NCBI GenBank assembly: GCA_002633005.1
Contig: NMRA01000341.1
Location: forward strand, 139,821-183,068
Direction of reading: 5' to 3'
Source of the DNA: Phoronis australis
Taxonomy: Eukaryota > Animalia > Phoronida
DNA length: 43,248 nucleotides
The notes beneath the pieces were generated by a model. The model searched no databases and was not told the DNA's origin. It was given only the letters and a program-made list of their open reading frames with translations. The first letter of the stretch is position 1. Every line of letters starts with the position of its first letter. The position numbers were made by a program, and so were the translations under genes. Positions 1 to 34,238 of this stretch are shown here, one piece after another.

Positions 1-720
1 ATTTATCGTAATCTATTTTGCCCGGGGTACGCCACGAGCTATGTTGCAGAGTAAAACAAGAGGAGGATTGCGAATATTGTCATTTATTATGACGTAATAG
101 ATAAAACTAACTAAGACTCTGCAAGATGGGCATGCAAAAAACGCCCACCGGCGTGTACAATGAATAGCCCTGCAAGAGGGAACAAAACAAGAAAACTGCC
201 TGAAGGGCTTAAAGGAAAAGTACAGAACATGAAAACAAAACTTGAAAGAAAAAAAAAAACTAACAGGAAATATATACGAGCAAAGAGAAAGTGGAACCGA
301 CACCCGGGATGGGGGGTGGGGAAAAAATGAAGAGAACGAACGTAGGTCTTGTAGATGACGAGGTAGGTGGCTGAATGAGAGACCACGTTGAACAGAACAA
401 AGGAAATATGGGCGACCAATCAGGAGTCCCGTAGAGAAACGTATGAATACAAAAGTAGGCCCTAGAGGCTATAAATAGAGATGAGTAATGCAAAATAAAA
501 CCTAAGGACTGGTCTCAAAATAAAGAGACAAGTGTCAAAATAATGACGATAAATGCATTTAACAAGTTAAATTTAATTTATCGTAATCTATTTTGCCCGG
601 GGTACGCTACGAGCTATGTTGCAGAGTAAAACAAGAGGAGGATTGCGAATATTGTCATTTATTATGACGTAATAGATAAAACTAACTAAGACTCTGCAAG
701 ATGGGCATGCAAAAAACGCC
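1..720. repeat. Direct duplication: 1-145 repeated at 576-720
   Basis: 145 bp identical except one substitution; the first copy is cut by the window edge. Confidence 0.9.
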
Positions 721-826
721 ATAATGGCAGCACGGAATGCTGACATCGCCCATCCGAGAGATAATTTAAATGTGCCCGTTACACAAGAAAACTAAGAAAA
801 CTGAACAAAATAAGGTGTGTTCAAAC

Positions 827-3800
827 CTGATAGATTTTTCATTGACAGCATTTCTTCAGTAATCTCAGATAAAGTAGTGACCCACGCCGGCACCACTTTG
901 TGGCTTGTAACAGTAACTTCAATCTCTTTACCTACACCTAGTGGGAAGAAAACAACAGTGCAGCGAGTATGCGAAGGTACTTTTAAAAACATAATGTGTG
1001 CCATCAGACAGAAGAACTACTCTGCCAGACAAACAGTACTCAAAAACATGTATATCATACTATTCTGTCAGTAACAGACACTACTCAGAAAAGTATCCAT
1101 AAGACAGACATAGTATCTTCATCATTTTGATATCTACTGACAACTGTTATCAATCCCCAACTATCCCGAAATACATCCCCAGCACCACAAACCATTCGCT
1201 TCTAGGGTGTCCAATAGTACAATGCAGACTAATTTGGTCAAAGCCGGAAATTGACTGGTGCTGGTGCATCCCAGCAATACATTTCCTTCCTCCTTGACAA
1301 AGCCCATCAAAAATTCTGCCCCACCATTTTCACAATAATCAACAGACGAGCAATATCTTGTCAAAAACTAAACCGGCCAACAGAGGGTGTAACTATTACA
1401 ATAGATTAATCAATCTGATAATGAACTGGTGTCAGCACATCCAAGTCATAAAACCTGGTGCCAAGTTTCAACAAAATCTGTCGCGCAATTTTGACAAAAA
1501 TCAACAACAATTTCTTGTTACAAACAAAGAAGGACAGCAAGGGGTGCTATAATAAATGAACACACCCCGTGATCACCATAAAATAGCTCCATGCCAATTA
1601 CATCAAAATTTGTTCAGTAGTGTTGACAATATATTGATAGAAAAAGAAAGTCCTGCTACTGCATACAAATGATTAATATATGCAACAAAAGACTGATGTT
1701 GCAACATAACCGCTTCCATAGCAGGTATTATTTCGGATATAGGCGTATGGTACAAAAGGCATGACAATACAGCAATACAAAATACTTAACAAATAAGCCA
1801 AAAAAACTCCAAAGATACAAAGGCAAACGTAAAAATTGCCATAAGGAAGCACAGCGGTGGTCAAAATGAGGGCAAGTACATGCAAATTTTATAAATGGGC
1901 CTATGCAGGGGATATTATATGCAAAACTTACTAGGTGAATATGCCAATATGTCATGAACAAAAAGGGTCACGAAAAAGGCCTTACTTCAGATACAGGCTC
2001 ATAGGGCCTAAAGACCCAACAATATGGTACATATCTGTACATTAATTTTTGGAAAAACTTGTCGTTTTCAAAAAAAAAAAAACAGCCAAAGAAGTAGTAA
2101 TCAAATCCGACTGAAATTGGTACCAATGCATCCCCCATCTCTCCGTGCCAAATTTATTCAGTGTTTTTGACGTAATTGATAAACAAGCAAAGTAAAGATG
2201 GACAGGTGATAGACAAGCAAAGTAAAGATGGACAGGTGATAAACAAGCAAAGTAAAGATGGACAGGTGATAAACAAGCAAAGTAAAGATGGACAGGTGAT
2301 AAACAAGCAAAGTAAAGATGGACAGGTGATAAACAAGCAAAGTAAAGATGGACAGGTGATAGACAAACAGGATGCCGACTACTGGTGAACACATTTTTCG
2401 GAGTTCATATAAAAACTGACACACGAGAGGAGACTTAGATAGATATCAAGGCAAAAAATATAGTTGTTACAAATTCATGCTTCTGTTCAATTTGCAGAAT
2501 ACATCAACTTAGGGATCACGGACTTGACAATATGTTTCTATTAAACCTTTCTGCTCCTTCCTGGAGAACTGGCTTCGCTCAAGATTGGATTCACCAGGAA
2601 CACCACCAAGAACGTGAAGAAACACACGCAAGATGTGACTGGCGTAAACATCTGACACAAACTTCTTTAAACTTTCCTTTAGATAGGCACATAGAGAGTC
2701 AAAACATTCATTAAGGGACATCACTGCAACAGGCTCATCGTCTGACAATGTCACACTGTCCCCATGCTTTGACAGATCAGCACCAACCGTGCTGATCTCA
2801 AATAATTCATTCTTCTCTGATTCACTGGCAGCCTCAAAACTTGTATTCTCTTCCAATGGAAGGAAGTTCGGTACAAGTGCCACTAGTTCTTGAATCACGT
2901 GACTAGCAAAGCGGTCAGAGCAAACTCTTGACCAGTGGTGTGAGAAGCATGTGAAAATCTGTAGGTACTGGTTACGACTGGCCTGAGCCAGTAACTTCTG
3001 GACGGTCCAGCTAGTGCGGCAATGACGCGAGGCTGGCACTAGCTCCTTCAGCAACGTTTTGAACACGTTAGTAAGGAAGATAGCTGGAAAGAAAACAAAA
3101 TGCTATTAGCAAATTAAGCAAATATGCAGGAACATTCGAAAGTGCATTGAGCTTACTTATTAAACTATGCTTTTGAGTTAGCAGGCTGCAAGTCCAAGAT
3201 AGTAACATGCATATTATCTCAAACTGTGTAGACTCTCCATCACTGACCACACCCTTAGTTCTTCTGCCGGTTAATCAATAGACCAGGTACAGATCGACAA
3301 CGTGTGCACTGCAAAACTTCTAATGAAAATTTCAACACTGTAAAATACCAGCTTTAAGTACCTTTTTCCTCTTCATCTGGAAAGCCTTCCTCCAACATGC
3401 TCAATACACGTTTGTAATAATTCAGTGACTGTTCATCAAGATATGTTTGCCCACCATCAACATCCTGCAGAACACAGTAACATGGTGAGAGTCATCAGCA
3501 CTCAAACATTATTTCCGTATTTTTCTAGTCTCAGTTCCTAACTACCACCATTTCTGACTGGAGGCAAGAGAAGCTGTCCAAAACAATGATTGTAGATCTA
3601 ATTAATCGTTGTATTAAATTCTCCTATTGTAGAAAAGAAAGCAGTATTACCTGAAATCTATAAGTAATCTATTATTTAGTCAGTGACTCCATTTTGAACA
3701 AGTTATCTAATCACAACCAACTAGGCCTTTTTCTGTGATTATGTAAACTATCGCACAGTAAAAACATATACGCCAATTTTCACTATCACCCTTAAGAGTG

Positions 3801-6800
3801 GTTTGGTCGAAAGAGGGGCGCAAAGTACCTCGAATGCATTTGAAAACGAGAAGATAGCGTCATGTCACTAACAGATGCTTATCTGGCAAATTTTATGAAA
3901 ATCCGTTAAGGAACTCCAAAGATAAAGAGGTAAAAGTTAAAATCTTGCCCCTAGGGGGTACACTGGTAGTCCGACAGGACTGAAATTCGTCGTCCTCTGT
4001 CGTATACTCCATATGAACACGTCTGACAAATCTCATCAAGACCGATGAGGGGTTTAGGAACTACAGGTGCGGACGCCGGACGCCCAGACAGAGATGACGG
4101 CAATATGCAGCCCACATACAAATACCTGGATATGGGGACATAAAAACTAAAATTGCCACTAGGGACACATCAGTAGTCACATCTGTCCGAAAATAGTCGT
4201 CGTCTGTTGACAACTTTACATATTAAATAGACTTGCTAATTATAAAATTTATTAAAGGCGAAGGCAACCTTTTTCCATGTCACTTTGAGCTAAAATAAGG
4301 TTGGTTGGTTATCCTAGACATATTTTCCACTTAATTACAGCTTTTCATAATTTTATAAATTACTCGTCCGTTACTCCGGAAGTGACGTTTTAGGAGGCAA
4401 GCGTTTCCCGCCACTTGGTTTTGCGTTNTTTTTCTGTGATTACGTAAACTATCGCACAGTAAAAACATATACGCCAATTTTCACTATCACCCTTAAGAGT
4501 GGTTTGGTCGAAAGAGGGGCGCAAAGTACCTCGAATGCATTTGAAAACGAGAAGATAGCGTCATGTCACTAACAGATGCTTATCTGGCAAATTTTATGAA
4601 AATCCGTTAAGGAACTCCAAAGATAAAGAGGTAAAAGTTAAAATCTTGCCACTAGGGGGTACACTGGTAGTCCGATAGGACTGAAATTCGTCGTCCTCTG
4701 TCGTATACTTCATATGAACACATCTGACAAATCTCACCAAGACCGATGAGGGGTTTAGGAACTACAGGTGCGGACGCCGGACAGAGATGACGGCAATATG
4801 CAGCCCACATACAAATACCTGGATATGGGGACATAAAAACTAAAATTGCCACTAGGGACACATCAGTAGTCACATCTGTCCGAAAGTAGTCGTCGTCTGT
4901 TGTCAACTTCATATACTAAATAGACTTGCTAATTATAAAATTTATTAAAGATCCTGCAGAGTGTTTAGGAGATACAGCCATGGGCGCAAAAAAAAACAAA
5001 ACTGTCGTTAGGAGGCACCACAGGTGTCGAATATTATGAAAATTCGTTGAGGACCTTTAAAGATACAGACAGAGGTAAAATAACATAAAAAACAAATTGC
5101 CACTAGCAAGCACACCAGTAGTCAAATCCGTACGAAAGTTTGCTCGTGCTGTCCCAGCCAAGAAGGAAACACACGTGCAAAATTTCATGAATGCACTAAG
5201 CAAAAAGGTTTTGGAGATAGAGCAATGGACACCAGACGGGGATGACAGCATAATGCGCCACATATCAATATGTGGGCGCACAAAAACAAAATGAGTCAAT
5301 ATGCCGAACTCAAGAAAAAAATTTATGTTGTGGACCATTATATGCTAATAAATGATCTGTGCATGTGAATCACACAGTCTGGTGGTCTGGTAATGAATTA
5401 TAATTAAAGCTGCATATTTCTACTACTTATCTCTTATTTGTTGTACTGTATCTTAAATTGGTTACATTTTATCATAGGCAATTTTGCATTCTTTCAGAAG
5501 AGTTAATATAGAGTGCCCACTATGCCCGTTCATTGTCAGACTGTCAGACTAGCATCTGGTGATGCCACTCTGCCATCTGCTTATGGCAGACTGCCATCTG
5601 GTCATGTCAGACAGTCGTCTGGTCATGTCAGACAGCCATCTGGTCATGTCAGACAGCCATCTGGTCATGTCAGACAGCCATCTGGTCATGTCAGACAGTC
5701 GTCTGGTCAAGACGGACTGCCTTACAGTCATGTTAGACTGCCTTCTGGTCATGTCAGACTGCCATCTAATCTTGTCAGAATGCCATATGTTTATGCCAGA
5801 TTGTCATCTGTACAAGCAAGGCTGCCATCTGTTCATGCCCAAAATGACATATGGTCATGCCAGACTGCCATCTGGTCATGCCGGACTGCCATCTCGTCAT
5901 GCCAGACTAGCATCTGGTCATGCCGCATTGCCCTATGGTCATGTCATAGTGCTGTCTGGTCATGCCCGACTGCCATCTGGTCATGTTCCTGGATCCATGC
6001 TAGGTTACAACAGCTTGAATTCTCACATCAAATTTTCTCTTTCTTCCCTTTTTGGTATCTTTCTGCATACTTCCACTGCTGTGTCCTGACAAAATAGAAC
6101 AGGTTTTGCTCAAAGATGCTTTTAGTGATCAGTAAAAGAGCAATTCCACAAAAAAGAAAACCTAGTCAAAAAAATAATAGAAAAAGAAAACCTAGACAAA
6201 AAAAATAATATTCTAGTCTCATTTGATTGGACAAACAATCTTTCTAGTATCAGGACTATCATTTGAATTTCCTGTAATAGTACAACCTATGGGGACCCAT
6301 TTTAGTTGACAGTTAACCTAATTTTTAAATGACGTGTTGCTAATTCTAATAAACAAATCATGGGAAATAAACAATATCTACAGTTTTGTACAATCACACA
6401 TAGCCTAAATTATCAAAAAAGCATTATTTGACCTGTGGAATGTAGGCAACCTCTCAGGGCCAAAGGCTTGACTCCTGAATATACATCACAGTGTCGAACA
6501 AAAGTTCAAACAAGAGCAATGCGGTGTACTGGTGCGTAACCATGGTGTCCATCACATAAAATGCAGATAAGAAAGATGAGCACTAAACGAAGAATAAATA
6601 CTAAAGTATAATTAAAACTCATAGCTTTATTTCCAAGAAAGCGTTTTGTATTTGTAATGGACGTACAAAATCAATTGTTAAAAAAAAAATTTCATCCAAG
6701 GAAAATTATCAATATATCCATTATTCGGCCTGATTCATAGCTTTTAAGCATTATCAACTTTTCTCCTATCTTTTTATCTGGCTGAGAAAATTGTGTTTAA

Positions 6801-7644
6801 AAGTTGTGTGATGGACGTAATATGCAAAGAATTTGAATTTTGGGAAAAAATTAAAGTTAGTTTAAACAAAATCTACAGATAACACGAGACATGGCAAAAA
6901 ATTAAGCAAACCGTATGTAAGCATGTCATGAGCGTACTGCTTTCAAGGCAACGACAGACTTTTCTTTACCATATAAGTCAGAGAATTATGCATGAAAATG
7001 ACTCTTCTTAGACTGTTTTTAAGCAATCTGCCAGGCTAAGTCAGTGTCACTTTGTATGCACCTCCACCAAGTTTCATGACCAGGTGAGGAGCACAACTAC
7101 CCTAGCAGGCTAGTGAAATTTCGAGCTCCAAGTGAGGTTAACCAGTTAACACACAGGCAGCGTTTCGAACCTGTATTTTGACTGGCTACCCTCACATGCC
7201 ATGCTAGTGGTATACTACAAACTAGCTAACCAGCTAGCTAGCTGTATGAAGGCTATAACGTCAACATACAACTCTAGGAACAACTGTATCTTAAGTGCAA
7301 ACAGGCCTCGAAATTTCACACCACCAGGGTAGTTCTGCTCGTCACTGTTGTGAAATTAAGATTATGAAGTAAATGCCGACGCCAGTCTTGGCTGTGTCAA
7401 CATTGGTGTTAGCCTGGTGCGACCTCTGACGACAGAAGGGCCCAGGTTAGGTCACATATCTACACCATGTGACCGGTCACCTGACAGCCCACATGGCCAG
7501 GTCTAGAGTATAGCATATTCCGGATTTGCTTTTACACTGAAATAGTCCGAACCTGTCTTGGCCATACTACTACAACAATATCAACATGTAGACCGGCAGA
7601 GGTGAATGCAAAATCTAGAGTCAACTGACACTCACCATACCCAT
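827..7644 (-). CDS. NOP9: Nucleolar protein 9 (Pumilio-repeat-like 18S rRNA processing factor), 5' part; gene continues past the left edge
   Basis: Phase-consistent minus-strand exons: 7644-7641 (ATGG, tentative), 6085-6027 (HSSGSMQKDTKKGRKRKFD), 3464-3362 (DVDGGQTYLDEQSLNYYKRVLSMLEEGFPDEEEK), 3083-2547 (AIFLTNVFKTLLKELVPASRHCRTSWTVQKLL...CSDRFASHVIQEL...VSDVYASHILRVFLHVLGG) and 937-827 (VGKEIEVTVTSHKVVPAWVTTLSEITEEMLSMKNLS). The peptides match my recollection of the NOP9 N-terminal repeats (L.YF.R.L..L, S..LQ.LL, SH(V/I)L..LL.VLGG). The first exon and the weak donors GTTTAA (2546) and GTTTGA (826) are less certain. Confidence 0.88.
2177..2366. repeat. 30-bp minisatellite, ~6.3 copies (TGATAAACAAGCAAAGTAAAGATGGACAGG)
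   Basis: Near-identical tandem units, directly visible. Confidence 0.95.
3780..5286 (-). mobile_element. Reverse-oriented HINE-family copies, nested and partly duplicated across an N gap
   Basis: Reverse complement of the 5' end at 5258-5286 (CACATATCAATATGTGGGCGCACAAAAA). A second-subfamily 5' end with GGACGCC microsatellite occurs at ~4070-4146 and ~4770-4838. Core repeats carry AAAATTGCCACTAG. Confidence 0.7.
5535..5990. repeat. 21-bp minisatellite, ~20 degenerate copies (CTGCCATCTGGTCATGTCAGA)
   Basis: Directly visible; ends about 37 nt from the NOP9 exon 2 donor. Confidence 0.92.
7072..7355. mobile_element. MITE with ~50-bp imperfect TIRs
   Basis: GTGAGGAGCACAACTACCCT..GTGAAATTTCGAG pairs with CTCGAAATTTCAC..AGGGTAGTTCTGCTCGTCAC. 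Confidence 0.6.
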
Positions 7645-8385
7645 TACAGCAGTTTAAGTGAAAAACAGCAGGCTAAACATCATTTTCTTGCAACATTCAC
7701 TTCCGCTTAATCTTGAGATTAAGCAAGAACATCATTTTTTCTGACACCAGTAAATAATTTAGTTTACGAACAGAAAGAGTGGTGTACTCAGTCTCAATAA
7801 ATGCCCTGGGCATGGTCTAGGAACCAACATTTGGTTCCTAGGCATGGTGTAGTTTTTAATGACAAAAAGAATAACTGGCACAAACGTATTCTACTGAAAA
7901 TAAACAGCTAAAATCGCTATTTTGCCCATGGAAGCTTATCTAGATTTACTGAATTTTTCAAAACATAGGGTGTTCACTTGAGATAGAGGTTGGTAATGTT
8001 TTAACAGTTTCCCACTTTAACAGTTTCCCACTTTACCCAGTTGGCTGCTGGCTTTTAGCACACATGTGAAACTTGTACACTGACTTCGAGACTAGGCTAG
8101 GTTGACTTTGTTTCTTTAGTTAATTTCGAATTCTATTTTAGAATCAATAAAGTGTATTTCTTTTTCCAACGTTGCTTTTAAAATCTTAAATGGTACTTTT
8201 TCATTTCATGTTATTAGTCTTTGTAATCCATCCTTTATTTTTGTCTACTTGTAAAAAACATACGTGAACAGTTTTAAAGATGCGTCTCAGCTCAGCTTAC
8301 GCAACTGTTCCTGAAGCACGAAAACATGTAACGTATTCGTTAGCTGGTAATGAAAGCTTGAAACATTGCGTAAGACGCGTTTAAA
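7645..8385. promoter_or_regulatory. Probable bidirectional promoter shared by NOP9 and AFG3L2
   Basis: Divergent start codons about 740 bp apart. ETS-like ACTTCCG near 7699 and locally higher CpG density near 8280-8580. Transcription start sites cannot be determined from sequence. Confidence 0.6.
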
Positions 8386-33114
<24,729 letters not shown>

Positions 33115-34070
33115 GAATGGCAACAGGACAGTTGTTTCATCAACACGCAACAGACATGTGGATGTGAACATGATGCTGTTGTCAGTAATGAGGATGTGTT
33201 CTGGCTGACTGCTGAGTAAATATCTCACAGGACTGTCAAGTGGCACTTCTCTGATGATGCATGGTCACTGTTATTTATTTTGAAGGTTGTCGATTTCATT
33301 GTTTCCTTTTAATGTGTCACTGATGTCATCAACGTACATGTGAACCTACTTCACCGTGTATTGGCACATGACTACAGTACTGTCATCTTTAAACCTAGTT
33401 AATAATATTGGCACTGTGTCTCATAATCAACTCAGCTTCTGAATTGAGGAGTCTAAAACTGCTTGCATCCTTATGAGCTACCAGGAATATCAATTACTAA
33501 GTTTTTATGTATTTGCTACACTGCACGGTGGTCTAGGTGTTGTGGAGAAGTTTGCTACTGTGAGACACTTTAAACTCTAGTGGTGACCCAGGGGCTTAGA
33601 TCAGTTCTAAACTTGTTGTGTGTGTGTCTGTATTTTTTTCTTTTTTTTTAATTGCTGTGCTAGGATTGACGTATTCCCAGACAGCAGCAGGTTAACAAGT
33701 AGTAAGATAGTAACTGGACAAGTGATCAGTTGTCAAGGATGTTTCGATAATAAATGGTGTTGCTAGGCACTCTCAGTGAGGAGTCAAGACATCAAATATG
33801 AAGTGTTGCAATGATCTGGTTCATTGGGTGTGGGGGGCAGCAACTCAGCTGTGACTGTGACTCTGTATGTCAATGAACTCTGTAATTGAAATATTACATA
33901 GTCAGTGAACCAAGGTTAATTTCCATTCTCATAGTTTCTGTAATTGTTTATGGACAGTGGAGTGTTGCAAAGTAGTATTGTCTTAATTATTGTCCTGGGC
34001 ATTTAACAAACCTCTTAGATGTTTACTTTCCTGTAAAAATGTTGCTTTCAAATACTCTAACAGAAGGTTA

Positions 34071-34076
34071 AATAAA
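34071..34076 (+). terminator. Candidate polyadenylation signal of AFG3L2 (another AATAAA at 33749-33754)
   Basis: AATAAA downstream of the stop at 33114, followed by T/GT-rich sequence. Confidence 0.45.
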
Positions 34077-34208
34077 CAACGCACTTGTCAGAGGATTTCA
34101 TTGTGTTTGAGAAGCAAATTTCTGTACTGTCTTATGATGCTGTACAACGTTGTTCTAATAATTTGTACAGCAGGGTGTTATTCAATGCAGGTTTGTCCTT
34201 GCAAAACA

Positions 34209-34214
34209 TTTATT
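34209..34214 (-). terminator. Candidate polyadenylation signal of the PLA2 gene
   Basis: TTTATT on the plus strand (AATAAA on minus), about 25 nt downstream of the PLA2 stop codon. Confidence 0.55.
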
Positions 34215-34238
34215 AAGCTATTCTCAGGAAAAACACAA

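Noticed and set aside
2042-2424. Overlapping repetitive ORFs on both strands
   Set aside because: By-products of the 30-bp minisatellite (period divisible by 3).
5513-6097. 194-aa and 176-aa repetitive ORFs (SGHVRQP / HLVMSDS repeats)
   Set aside because: They arise from a 21-bp minisatellite that is open in several frames, lie antisense within a NOP9 intron, and have no splice or start context.
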